Assembly: GCA_963742735.1 (NCBI GenBank)
Contig: CAVUMN010000003.1
Span: forward strand, 672,001-736,000
Direction of reading: 5' to 3'
Source: an uncultured Actinomycetes bacterium
GTDB lineage: Bacteria; Actinomycetota; UBA4738; JBBDTT01
Length of the DNA: 64,000 nucleotides
The translations under genes were made by a program, and so were the position numbers. The notes below the pieces were generated by a model that was not told where the DNA came from, did not search any database, and saw only the letters and a list, made by a program, of their open reading frames with translations. Shown here one piece after another: positions 1 to 9,148 of the stretch (positions are counted from its first letter, which is position 1; every line of letters begins with the position of its first letter).

Positions 1-60
1 GGCCGGAACCTCGCTCTGGATGCGCCTGCGAACCGTTCGCTGAACGGCTCAAGCGGGAAG

Positions 61-101
61 GACACGAGGCGGGCCCCGACCGGGCCCGCCTCGGTCGTGT
101 C
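61..101. terminator. GC-rich hairpin just downstream of tadC (likely terminator)
   Basis: Inverted repeat gacacgaggcgggccc-cgacc-gggcccgcctcg(gtc)gtgtc directly after the tadC stop. Confidence 0.55.
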
Positions 102-104
102 GGC

Positions 105-1046
105 CTACTGGAAGATGAACGAGTCCAGGATCTTGATGATGCCCGGGCCGAGCATGACCACGAACAGCGACGGCAGGATGCAGAAGATCAGCGGGAACAG
201 CAGCTTCACGCCCATCTGCATGGCCTTGTGCTCCGCGCGCTGACGGCGCTTCACCCGGAGCTCGTGGGACTGGGCGCGCAGGGCCTTCGACACGCTGACC
301 CCGAGGATGTCCGCCTGGATCAGGCCCAGGACGAACGAGCGGAGCTCGTCCACGTCCGTCCGGTCGGCCAGCTGCCTGAAGGCGTCGGCCCGGGAGATCC
401 CGAGCTGCATCTCGTGGAGCATGCGGCCGATCTCCTCCGCGAGGGGACCGGGGATGTTCTTGGTGACCTGCTGGAGGGCCGCGTCGAAGCCGAGCCCGGC
501 CTCCACGCTGATGATCAGCAGGTCGGTCGTGTCCGGCAGGGTCTTGCGGATCGCCTCCTGGCGATTGACCACCCGCTGGCCGAGGATCGCTCCGGGGACG
601 AGGAAGCCGATCATCCCCATCAACACCGTCAAAGCCAGCACGAAGATGAAGGAGAGCCCGACGGCCCACGGGACGAGCGCGCCGAACGCGGCGCCCGCCA
701 TGAGCCCGATCCCCTTGTAGGCCAGGACGCTCTCCGCGCTCCATCCGGCGGGGCTCCCGGCCAGGACCAGCTTGTGGGTCAGCCGGTCCCGGGCGTCGAC
801 CGGCGTCAGCCGGCGGGCGAGCCGCGCGAGGACGCCGGTGGCCGGCACGGTGACCCGCTCGGCGAACGTCCGGGCGAGGGCGTCCTCCCGCATGTCCATG
901 GTGGCGGAGGACCCGGCGCTCAGCTGTGACTCCAGCACCTGCGCCGGGCGGCGGCGGCCGGTGAGGGAGAGCTGGACGACGGCGCCCAACAGCAGAACCG
1001 AGAGGCAGGCCCCGACGATCGCGACGGTGAGATAGACGTTAGACAT
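105..1046 (-). CDS. tadC: Tad pilus assembly platform protein TadC (T2SSF family)
   Basis: LPDTTDLLIISVEAGLGFDAAL and terminal KLLFPLIFCILPSLFVVMLGP motifs; last gene of tad operon. Confidence 0.93.
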   Translation of the reverse strand: MSNVYLTVAIVGACLSVLLLGAVVQLSLTGRRRPAQVLESQLSAGSSATMDMREDALARTFAERVTVPATGVLARLARRLTPVDARDRLTHKLVLAGSPAGWSAESVLAYKGIGLMAGAAFGALVPWAVGLSFIFVLALTVLMGMIGFLVPGAILGQRVVNRQEAIRKTLPDTTDLLIISVEAGLGFDAALQQVTKNIPGPLAEEIGRMLHEMQLGISRADAFRQLADRTDVDELRSFVLGLIQADILGVSVSKALRAQSHELRVKRRQRAEHKAMQMGVKLLFPLIFCILPSLFVVMLGPGIIKILDSFIFQ

Positions 1047-2943
1047 CGATGTCCACGATCTTCCGCATCCAGAAGACCCCCACGGCCATCAGGAGCGCGG
1101 CGCCGACCAGCATCGCCTGCCCGAGGAGCCGTCCGAACAGCAGGCCGAAGTACTGCGGGTTCACCTGCGACAGGTACAGCCCGATCACGAACGGCAGCGC
1201 GATGAGGATGATCATCGAGAGCCGTCCGTCCGCGGTCAGCGAACGGATCTGGCGGCGGATGGTCTCCCGTTCCCTCACGGTGTCGGCGACCGTTTCCAGG
1301 AGCTCCGAGAGGTTTCCGCCGACCTCGCGCTGGATGTTGACGGCCATCACCGCCCAGTTCAGGTTCTCGCTCTTCATGCGACCGGCCCACGACGTAAGAG
1401 CGTCCTCGATCGGCATCCCCAGGCTGATCTCGGACACCACCCGCCCGAGCTCGGAGCCGCCAGGGTCCGGGATCTCCCTGGCGACCAGGTCCAGCGCCTG
1501 CAGGAAGCTGTGGCCGGCCCGCAGGGAGCTGGCCAGCACCATGAGCATGTCCGGGAGCTGCTCCTGGAACGCCTCCATGCGCTTTCTCGCCGCGCGCAGG
1601 ATCAGGAACGTCGGGATGAACCCCACCGCGATCGCGAGGAGCAGGGCCAGGAAGACGTTGCGCAGGGCCACCCCGGCCACGAGGCCCGTGAGCAGGACCG
1701 CCAGCGTGGTCCCCGCGAGGAACTCCCCGGGCCGCACGGCCCATCCGGCTCGTTCGAGGGTCAGGCTGAGGGAGGAGCGGAACCCACCGGTGCCGGCCAT
1801 GCGCTCGCCGATGCTCGACAGGGGCCCGGGGATCCAGGTCCCGGCGTCCCCGGCGTCCTCGGGACGCGGCGCCGCCGCGGTCTGCGGGTTGGACATCCGC
1901 TGGGTCAGGATCCGGTCTCGCCGGGCGCTCAGGATTCCGCCGGCGACGGAGATGCACAGGGCAATGACGGCCAGGAACGACAGGCCCACCGCGATGGGGA
2001 ACAGGAGTCCGGCGGGAAGCCCGGATCTGGCCGCCTCGGGGCTGGGGATGGCGCTGGGAAGCGCCGGGGTCAACACGACCGTCCGATCCGAGAGCTCGCC
2101 CAGCGCGACGGTGATCGTGAGGGGCGTGGCTCCCGCCACTGCGGATCGGTAGTCCAAGCGGTACTGGTTGGAGACCTCGGCGGCCAGGCCCTGGTACACA
2201 TTCAGCAGGTCCTCGGACACGCTCGAGGAGAACCGGCCGCCGGTCTGGTTGGCGAGCGACGTCAGCGTCTTCGTCCCCGCCGGAGCGGTCTCCAGGCCGA
2301 CCGAGAAGACGGCGGCGTCGACGGACTTCGCGGCGGCGACGGCGGAGGCGAGGGTGCCCTGGCTGGACGTGTCGACGCCGTCGCTGAGCACGATGAGGGT
2401 CCGCTGCGCCTCGCGCTGGAACAGGCCGGCGGCCGTCTCCACCGCGTCGAAGAGCGCCGTACCGGAGGCGGTCTGGAGCGTGTCGAGCGCCGCCAGTGCG
2501 CCCGCGCGGTCCGTCAAGAGCGGGGCTCGGATGACCGGAGCCGCGTTGAACGTGACCAGCCCGATGCGGATACGCGGCGGCACCGATTCCAGGAACGAGC
2601 GCGCGGCGGCGACGGCTGCCTCCAGACGCGATCCGACCATGCTCTCGGAGTTGTCCAGGACCAGCACCACGTCGGAGGTCGTTTCGCTCACGGCCACGGG
2701 CGAGGCCTCGAGGCCCTCGACGGCGGTCCCGTTCTCCGTCACGGCGAAGTCGTCCGCGGTCAGGGTCTCCGTGCTGCTCACCCCGACGGTGAGGGCGACC
2801 GCCGGGAAGTCCTCCAGGTCCACGCCGCGGATGCTGACCCCCGCCCGCGTCTGCGCCCCGGCCGCCGCGGCGCTCAGCAGCAGTACCAGTCCCGCGACCG
2901 CCCCCGCCGCCGTCAGGCGCACCCGCCGGCTCAGCCCTGCCAC
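1039..2943 (-). CDS. tadB: vWA-domain/TadB fusion protein (signal peptide, vWA, TM, T2SSF domain)
   Basis: N-terminal signal peptide (AAAGA-QT), [21 protein letters not shown]; C-terminal [18 protein letters not shown] and [12 protein letters not shown] TadB motifs. Confidence 0.9.
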   Translation of the reverse strand: MAGLSRRVRLTAAGAVAGLVLLLSAAAAGAQTRAGVSIRGVDLEDFPAVALTVGVSSTETLTADDFAVTENGTAVEGLEASPVAVSETTSDVVLVLDNSESMVGSRLEAAVAAARSFLESVPPRIRIGLVTFNAAPVIRAPLLTDRAGALAALDTLQTASGTALFDAVETAAGLFQREAQRTLIVLSDGVDTSSQGTLASAVAAAKSVDAAVFSVGLETAPAGTKTLTSLANQTGGRFSSSVSEDLLNVYQGLAAEVSNQYRLDYRSAVAGATPLTITVALGELSDRTVVLTPALPSAIPSPEAARSGLPAGLLFPIAVGLSFLAVIALCISVAGGILSARRDRILTQRMSNPQTAAAPRPEDAGDAGTWIPGPLSSIGERMAGTGGFRSSLSLTLERAGWAVRPGEFLAGTTLAVLLTGLVAGVALRNVFLALLLAIAVGFIPTFLILRAARKRMEAFQEQLPDMLMVLASSLRAGHSFLQALDLVAREIPDPGGSELGRVVSEISLGMPIEDALTSWAGRMKSENLNWAVMAVNIQREVGGNLSELLETVADTVRERETIRRQIRSLTADGRLSMIILIALPFVIGLYLSQVNPQYFGLLFGRLLGQAMLVGAALLMAVGVFWMRKIVDIDV

Positions 2944-4251
2944 CCCCCGCCGAACAGCGAGGCGCGCAGCGTGACGCCGCGGTCCTCGAGCTCGCTCTGG
3001 AAGTGCGGTCGCAGGCCGGTCGGCCTCAGCTCACCGAGCGTTTTCCCCTGCTCGTCGGTCCCGGCCTTGTAGTCGAACTGGAACAGATCCTGGAGGGTGA
3101 TGATGTCGCCCTCCATCCCGACGACCTCGGTGATGTGGGTGATGCGCCGGGAGCCGTCGCGGAACCGTGCCTGGTGGATCAGCAGGTTGAGGGCCGACGC
3201 GATCTGCTCACGGATCGCCCGAACCCCCAGCTCGACGCCTCCCATCAGGGCCATGGTCTCCACCCGGGCGAGCGCGTCCCGGGGGGCGTTGGCGTGGACG
3301 GTACCGATCGATCCGTCGTGGCCCGTGTTCATGGCCTGGAGCATGTCGAGGGCCTCCGCCCCGCGGACCTCACCGACGACGATTCGGTCCGGTCGCATGC
3401 GCAGGGCGTTGCGGACCAGGTCCCGGACCGAGACCTCGCCCGAGCCCTCGATGTTGGGTGGCCGGTACTCCAGCCGCACTACGTGATGCTGCTGCAGGCG
3501 GAGCTCGGCCGCGTCCTCGATGGTGATGATCCGCTCGTCCTCGGGGATGAACGAGGACAGGACGTTCAGGCTGGTGGTCTTGCCGGCGCCGGTTCCCCCG
3601 GAGACCAGGATGTTCATGCGGCCCCGCACGCAGGCCTCGAGGAACTCGCGCGACGTTGGGGGTCATGGTGCCGAACGCGATCAGGTCCTTCGTCTCGTAG
3701 GGGTCGGCGGCGAACTTGCGGATGGTCAGGGCGTGTCCGTCGATGGCGAGGGGCGGGATGATGGCGTTGACGCGCGAGCCGTCCGGCAGGCGGGCGTCGA
3801 CGTACGGGGACGCCTCGTCGATGCGCCGGCCGACCTTGGACACGATCTTGTCGATCGTCCGGCGGAGCTGCTCGGAGTTGTGGAACTTGATCCCCGTCCA
3901 GTAGAGCTTGCCGGCGCGCTCGACGTAGATCGAGTCGGGGCCGTTGACCATGATCTCGGTGACCTCCGGATCCCGGATGAACGCCTCCAGAGGACCGAGA
4001 CCGAGGACGGCGTCACCGACGTCCCGGATGATCTGCGCCTTCTCCACCGGGGAGAGCGGAGTCTCCTCGGCCTCCAGGTACTCGCGGAGGTGTCGCTGGA
4101 CGAGCTCCCGGAGCTCGGCCTCGGTCAGCGCGGACTCGTAGAGCTTCGGGCCGAGCCCCTCGATGAGCTTGCTCTGCATGCGGGAGCGGACCTGGGCGGT
4201 CTTGTCGCGCTCCGGACGACCCGAGCCGGCGAGACGGTCTGCCAGTGACAT
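2931..4251 (-). CDS. tadA: Tad ATPase TadA/CpaF, interrupted by a +1 frameshift near 3650 (probable sequencing error, or pseudogene)
   Basis: N-half ORF 3370..4251 ([17 protein letters not shown]) and C-half ORF 2931..3629 ([29 protein letters not shown]) join by removing one base at GTC GCG C GAG TTC; the total of 1321 nt is 3n+1. Confidence 0.9.
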
Positions 4252-4261
4252 ACCGAGCCTC

Positions 4262-5449
4262 CTACTTCCTGCTGGACCGACGGTGGCGGCCGACTGGGGG
4301 GGCGGCCTGAGCCGGCAGGAACGACCGGGCGATCGTCCTGAGGCTCTCGGCGACGTCGGATTTCGGCTCGGCGACGGCGACCGGGCGCCCGTTGTTCAGC
4401 GACTGCGGGACCAGCAGGCTCGAGGGGATCGTGGCGTCGACCTTCAGGTTCATCACCCGCTCGACGTCCTCGACGCTCAACCCGACCTTCGCGTCAACAC
4501 GGTTCAGGATGATCCGGATCCGTTCGGGCTCCACGCCCAACGAGCGCAGCGTGTCCCGGGCCAGCGCCAGGTGGCGGACGGAGACGACGTCGAGCGACGC
4601 GATGAGGCAGATCGTGTCGGAGACGTCGAACGCCGCGAGCGCCGCGTCGGAGTACTCGGCGCTGGCGTCGACGACGGTGTAGGCGAAGATCTCCCGGAAC
4701 GCCCGGAGCGTCCGGCCCACGGCGTGCCCGTCGGGGGACTGTGCGGCCGGGTCCGGGGCCGAGCCGAAGCCCCACAGGTGCTCGAGGAGGACCCGGCCCC
4801 GCGAGCGGATGGCGTCGGGGTCCTGCGCGTCGACCACCGAGATGAGGTCGTTCAGCGAGCCGGTGGCCTGGGTGCCGAACGTGGCGAAGACGTCGCCCAT
4901 GTCGAAGTCGAGATCGACCACCGCCGTGTCCTCGCCCGACAGCTGGCCCAGGGTCACGGCGAGGTTGCACGTGAGGGTCGTCTTGCCGGTCCCGCCCTTG
5001 GACGAGAACACCGAGATGACCTTCCCCCGCCGGTCGGTCTTCTCCGGCTCGCGCCGGCGCATCGCCTGGAGGTTGCCCGACCAGGCCACCGCCCGCCGGA
5101 GGGCCTCCTGGAGCTCCTCGCTGCCGCGCGACATGTTCACCACGTCCCGGATGCCGGCGCGCATGGCCAGGGGGAGGATCCCGTTGGGGTCCTCGTCCCG
5201 CACCAGGATCACCGCCGTGGACGGGAGGCGCTGGGCCACGAACTCGGCGAGCCCGACGGCGTCGGGCATCTTCACCAGGGGAGAGAGCACCAGCACGTTG
5301 GGAACGGAGTCGCTCTCGCCCAGGAGGCCCTCGGCCGAGGGAACGCTGGGCATCCACTCCACGTCCTCGAGCGGGCCTTCCAGGGCGCGGGCGACCTGCT
5401 GCCGGAACGTGGGGGGCGGTCCGACCGCCACGACGCGCATCTCGCTCAC
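4262..5449 (-). CDS. cpaE: CpaE/TadZ pilus localisation ATPase (receiver-like + MinD/ParA domain)
   Basis: AMRAGIRD receiver-like N-terminus, deviant Walker A KGGTGKT, VDLD. Confidence 0.9.
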   Translation of the reverse strand: MSEMRVVAVGPPPTFRQQVARALEGPLEDVEWMPSVPSAEGLLGESDSVPNVLVLSPLVKMPDAVGLAEFVAQRLPSTAVILVRDEDPNGILPLAMRAGIRDVVNMSRGSEELQEALRRAVAWSGNLQAMRRREPEKTDRRGKVISVFSSKGGTGKTTLTCNLAVTLGQLSGEDTAVVDLDFDMGDVFATFGTQATGSLNDLISVVDAQDPDAIRSRGRVLLEHLWGFGSAPDPAAQSPDGHAVGRTLRAFREIFAYTVVDASAEYSDAALAAFDVSDTICLIASLDVVSVRHLALARDTLRSLGVEPERIRIILNRVDAKVGLSVEDVERVMNLKVDATIPSSLLVPQSLNNGRPVAVAEPKSDVAESLRTIARSFLPAQAAPPVGRHRRSSRK

Positions 5450-6186
5450 GGCAGGAGCTGCCCGAACGCCGTCGGCTTCGGCACGCTGCCCTCGGCGCCC
5501 GGGGGGAGCAGCGCGAGCCAGATGGTTCCCTGATCCTGGGCCAGGAGCACCTTCTGCACCTGCTGGGGCGTCAGGGCCAGGGTGACGATGATCGGCACCT
5601 GCGAGCTGCTCACCGTGGTGGTCTCGGTGCTGGTGACCGTGCTCGCCGAGCGGAGCACCAGCGCGTTGGAGACGACGGTCAGGGAGACGCCGGTGACCTC
5701 CGCGCCCGCGTTGGTGCCGGGCTGCTTGAAGGTCGCGTAGATCGTGACGTGGTCGCCCTGGCTGAGCACGCCGCCCACTCCCTGGAACGGCTGGAGCTGG
5801 AACGAGACCGCCTCGGCGTCCTCGGGGATCCCCAGCGTGCCTCCCGCGGCCTCGTCCGGTCCCTTCAGCCGGGAGGTCGAGATCTGCTCCCCGGCCAGGA
5901 TCGGGAAGGCCGTGACCTGTCCCTGGAGCTGAGCGATGTCGGTGATCACCCCGGGGACCAGGGCCTCCTGCGGAACCTCGAGCGTGGTGAACTCGGCGTC
6001 GGCGATGAGCGGGTCGAGATCGGTGCTGGCGGGGATATCCCGCTTGGAGACGATGACCGTCGTCCGCTCGCCACCCCCCGCGTCGTCCTTCACCGCCCGC
6101 AGATACAGCGCGATCGACACCGCCGCCCCGATCGCGAGGATCACCGCGATCGACATCACGACGCCTCTACCCTTGACCGCTGCCAT
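5446..6186 (-). CDS. cpaB: Flp pilus assembly protein CpaB/RcpC (SAF domain)
   Basis: N-terminal TM, VIVSKRDIPA SAF motif, GVGGVLSQGDHV, VTLALTP. Confidence 0.88.
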   Translation of the reverse strand: MAAVKGRGVVMSIAVILAIGAAVSIALYLRAVKDDAGGGERTTVIVSKRDIPASTDLDPLIADAEFTTLEVPQEALVPGVITDIAQLQGQVTAFPILAGEQISTSRLKGPDEAAGGTLGIPEDAEAVSFQLQPFQGVGGVLSQGDHVTIYATFKQPGTNAGAEVTGVSLTVVSNALVLRSASTVTSTETTTVSSSQVPIIVTLALTPQQVQKVLLAQDQGTIWLALLPPGAEGSVPKPTAFGQLLP

Positions 6187-6207
6187 CAGTTGGGTCTCCC
6201 TTCGCCT

Positions 6208-7560
6208 TTATGCGGAGAGCCTGATGGCTCGCACGCCGAAGTCCTCGCAGCCGTCGGACGGAAGACACGGGGAGCCGGCTACGACGGTGATCCCCAGGTA
6301 CTCGACGACCATGCACCGCGCGTTGGAGTCGGGCTGCAGGGCCCCGCACCGACCGGGAGCGCCCGGCGTCGAGTAGTCCCACTCGATACGAACGTTCAGG
6401 CTCGTGCTGCGCAGCCAGGTGATCGTGTTCGTGGTGGTGTTGAAGGAATAGTCCGTGTTCAGGACGCAGGGTGAACAACCGCCCGACGGCGGACCTCCCT
6501 GGCGCCGCAGCGTCAGGTTGGTCAAGTTCGCCACGGAACATCCCGAGGACAGGAGGCTGTAGGTGTTGCCCGGCGGCGTCGGACTGAAGTTAACGGTCAG
6601 GTTTCCATGCGCGGGGCAGTGCCCGGAGACCCCAGGGGTGCCGATCGCGGCCGGGTCGTTGCCGCGCAGGACGTCCTTCAGGCGCAGGTTCGCGAAGGCG
6701 ACGATGGCGTACTTGTCCACGTCGCACGTCCCGGCGGCCTGCTGGGCGGCCGTGCAGATCGATCCCGTGCTGGTGACCTGCCGGTTCTCGTCGTTGACCG
6801 GGAACAGTTTGACCTTGCCGATCTGGCCCTCCAGGTCGTTCTGCCAGTTGCCGGCCCGTGCTCCCGGCATGAGGCACACGTAGGTCGGGGGAGGGACCAC
6901 GCTCAGGACATCGGGATACCCGTCGACGATCCAGTCGCCGAGGTCGTGCGAGCCGCCGCTGGAGTTGCAGTTGGCGCTCGGGGAGACGCCCCAGTGGTTC
7001 AGGTTCATGAAACCCCAGCTGGCCTGGCCGTTGAAGTGGGCCTCGTTGTTGTACCAGAAGGCGCACTCGGTTCCGGGGGGGAGGTTCGGCCAGCCGCATC
7101 CCCGCAGCTGGAACCCGCTGATCTCGATGGGCGCCGGGTGCCCGCCGCCGAGCACACCCCAAAGCGCTGTGGCCAGGCCGTCGACGGGCTTGGGGGAGTC
7201 GACCCCGATGATCGGGGAGAAGAAGAGGTCCTGTAGCGACCGGTACTCGACGGCGACCTCCCCGAAGATGCTGTTGCACGCGGGCAGGAAGGAGATGGAC
7301 TGACGCACCGCGTCCGAGATGTTGGACGTGGCGAGCGAGTCGGCGTGGGAGATCGCGTCGGCGTCGCCCTTGCCGTTGGCGCAGGACTGGGCGGCGGCGA
7401 GGGAGGCCGCGTCGGCGGCGTTGACCATTCCCCGGCGCTTCAGCACCAGCGCCCCGCCGTCGACGGACAGCGAAACCATGCCCAGGAGGGCGACGAGGGA
7501 GACGGCGATGAACACGGCGGTCGCGCCGCGCTCGTCACGGTGGATCTGGCGCCATCTCAT
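6208..7560 (-). CDS. tadG: TadG-like minor pilin/tip adhesin, Cys-rich
   Basis: Start at ATGA overlap with tadE stop; DERG-ATAV prepilin-like site, VDGG...NAADAASLAAA Tad motif; 16 Cys by manual count. Confidence 0.8.
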   Translation of the reverse strand: MRWRQIHRDERGATAVFIAVSLVALLGMVSLSVDGGALVLKRRGMVNAADAASLAAAQSCANGKGDADAISHADSLATSNISDAVRQSISFLPACNSIFGEVAVEYRSLQDLFFSPIIGVDSPKPVDGLATALWGVLGGGHPAPIEISGFQLRGCGWPNLPPGTECAFWYNNEAHFNGQASWGFMNLNHWGVSPSANCNSSGGSHDLGDWIVDGYPDVLSVVPPPTYVCLMPGARAGNWQNDLEGQIGKVKLFPVNDENRQVTSTGSICTAAQQAAGTCDVDKYAIVAFANLRLKDVLRGNDPAAIGTPGVSGHCPAHGNLTVNFSPTPPGNTYSLLSSGCSVANLTNLTLRRQGGPPSGGCSPCVLNTDYSFNTTTNTITWLRSTSLNVRIEWDYSTPGAPGRCGALQPDSNARCMVVEYLGITVVAGSPCLPSDGCEDFGVRAIRLSA

Positions 7561-7955
7561 TCGCATCGGAACACCGCCTCCACGTTGACGTCCTGGCTGA
7601 GATCGGGAACGAAGGGGATCTGGATGTTGACGTGTTGCAGCCAACTGATGGTTACGGGCTCTCCCACGGTGGTCTCGTCGCACGTGTGGTCCAGTGTCGG
7701 GGTGCCGGGTCCGATGGGGTATCCAACCACGGCCTGATTGATCCGCGACAACACCTCTTCGGGGGTTCCCCGGACGGCCGCCACGCGGGCTCCCTCCCGC
7801 GCGGCGCCCACGTAGATCTCGAGGGAGCTGTAGGCCCGCCCGAACTCGGTGATCCCGAACAGGATCATCACCAGGACGGTCAGGATGAGGGCGAACTCCA
7901 CGGCCGCCGCGCCCTCCTCCCGGCGGAATCGCCTCGCGATCCTGGGCATCTTCAT
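7557..7955 (-). CDS. tadE: TadE-like pseudopilin
   Basis: EEG-AAAVEFAL cleavage motif and AAREGARVAAV. Confidence 0.9.
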   Translation of the reverse strand: MKMPRIARRFRREEGAAAVEFALILTVLVMILFGITEFGRAYSSLEIYVGAAREGARVAAVRGTPEEVLSRINQAVVGYPIGPGTPTLDHTCDETTVGEPVTISWLQHVNIQIPFVPDLSQDVNVEAVFRCE

Positions 7956-7995
7956 CTACGTCGGACAACTCCTCGTGGGGTAGCGCGCACGGCAT

Positions 7996-8042
7996 TCGCC
8001 GGCCCCTCCCGCCTGCTCGTGGGGAGCGCGAGGGGCCGGCGA
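7996..8042 (-). terminator. Hairpin between flp pilin and tadE (attenuating terminator or stabiliser)
   Basis: tcgccggcccct ... aggggccggcga inverted repeat immediately downstream of the pilin gene. Confidence 0.55.
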
Positions 8043-8066
8043 CCTGCACGATGCTACCGGGTACTG

Positions 8067-8294
8067 CTAGCCACCACCACCAGCACCGGTGAGCGTGCCG
8101 GCGGCGTCGTTCAGCTTGTTGTTGATCGCGATGCCCAGCGCCGTGGCGCCAATGATGATCACCAGCGCAATGAAGACGACCAGGATCGCGTACTCGGCCG
8201 AGACCGCGCCGCGCTCGCTCTTGATCCGTGCGTGGATCCCATCCCGGGTGCGGTACCAGACGTGCTCGCCTACCGTGAAGAGATTCGTAAGCAT
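8067..8294 (-). CDS. flp: Flp/Fap type IVc major pilin
   Basis: ERG-AVSAEY Flp motif plus hydrophobic helix; strong SD GGAGGTGA. Confidence 0.92.
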   Translation of the reverse strand: MLTNLFTVGEHVWYRTRDGIHARIKSERGAVSAEYAILVVFIALVIIIGATALGIAINNKLNDAAGTLTGAGGGG

Positions 8295-8691
8295 TCAGTT
8301 CACCTCCCTCACCACTATGCCTGCCGTGCTTGGTGCCCTAGCAGGTCCCAGCGTATAGCGTCTCGCCCTCACGTTGCACGGGACTGAGCTGTGGACCTCT
8401 GCTATGCGGCGGGTCGGTATCCGCGCGCAGCATACAAGGTCGGACAAGGGGTACGGAACCCCTAATTCCGAGTGGCCCGCGCTCGGCGAGGGCCGGGGCG
8501 CACGGAGATTCCCGCAGAAATCTCGCCCGCATCGCTACGGTTGGGGGATATCGGCGCCGATACCAGCATCGTCCGGACCTCGCGGTCCGGGCGCCGAACG
8601 GCGGGGCGACGCGGGCACGCCCCGCCGTTCATACTCTTGCGCCGTCGGCGGCGTGGGGAGGAGACCCTCCCGTTTGCTACGCTCGACGCGC

Positions 8692-8766
8692 GGGCGCGTA
8701 GCTCAGCGGGAGAGCGCTTCGTTCACACCGAAGAGGTCGTAGGTTCAAATCCTGCCGCGCCCACCA
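8692..8766 (+). tRNA. tRNA-Val (anticodon CAC)
   Basis: GGGCGCG/CGCGCCC acceptor stem, AGCTCAGCGGGAGAGC D-arm, CTTCG-TTCACAC-CGAAG anticodon arm, GGTTCAAATCC T-loop, encoded CCA. Confidence 0.97.
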
Positions 8767-8791
8767 CTCGTGATTCCCCTGTGCACCGCGT

Positions 8792-8817
8792 GTGTGCTCC
8801 GCGGCGAGCCTGGGTAG
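8792..8817 (+). promoter_or_regulatory. Putative SigB/SigF-type stress promoter for csbD
   Basis: GTGT-N16-GGGTAG upstream of a CsbD-family gene, resembling the GTTT-N14..17-GGGTA consensus. Confidence 0.4.
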
Positions 8818-8854
8818 ATACGAAGGTGCGCCCCATCGAAAGGGGGCAACACGC

Positions 8855-9061
8855 ATGGGTGGTGTCAAGGACAAGGCTGAAGGTGTCTGGGACGAGTCCA
8901 AGGGCAAGGTCAAGGAAGCCGTCGGAGACGCGACGGACGACGAGAACATGCAGGGTGAGGGTGTGGCCGACCAGGTGAAGGGGAAGGCCAAGCAAGCCTG
9001 GGGCAACGTGAAGGAGGCCGCCGAGGACATCAAGGAGGGCGCGCAGAAGGCGCTCGACTGA
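8855..9061 (+). CDS. csbD: CsbD-family general stress protein
   Basis: KGKVKEAVGDATDDENMQGEGVADQVKGKAK pattern; SD-like AGGGGG before ATG 8855. Confidence 0.9.
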   Translation: MGGVKDKAEGVWDESKGKVKEAVGDATDDENMQGEGVADQVKGKAKQAWGNVKEAAEDIKEGAQKALD

Positions 9062-9085
9062 CCGGGACCCTTCCGAGAGAGAACG

Positions 9086-9111
9086 ACGAGCCGGCCTTCG
9101 GGCCGGCTCGT
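9086..9111 (+). terminator. Intrinsic terminator hairpin after csbD
   Basis: acgagccggcc-TTCG-ggccggctcgt perfect stem with UUCG tetraloop. Confidence 0.75.
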
Positions 9112-9148
9112 TCCGTGATCGGCCGGGGCCCGTGAGAGCATCCGCCCC

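Noticed and set aside
6208-8049. 613-aa TadG as given in the ORF track
   Set aside because: The upstream extension overlaps tadE out of frame; the prepilin-like signal places the real start at 7560
8692-8766. tRNA-Val as integration site of a genomic island carrying the Tad locus
   Set aside because: The tad genes lie 5' of the tRNA; I saw no duplicate of the tRNA 3' end and no integrase in the window
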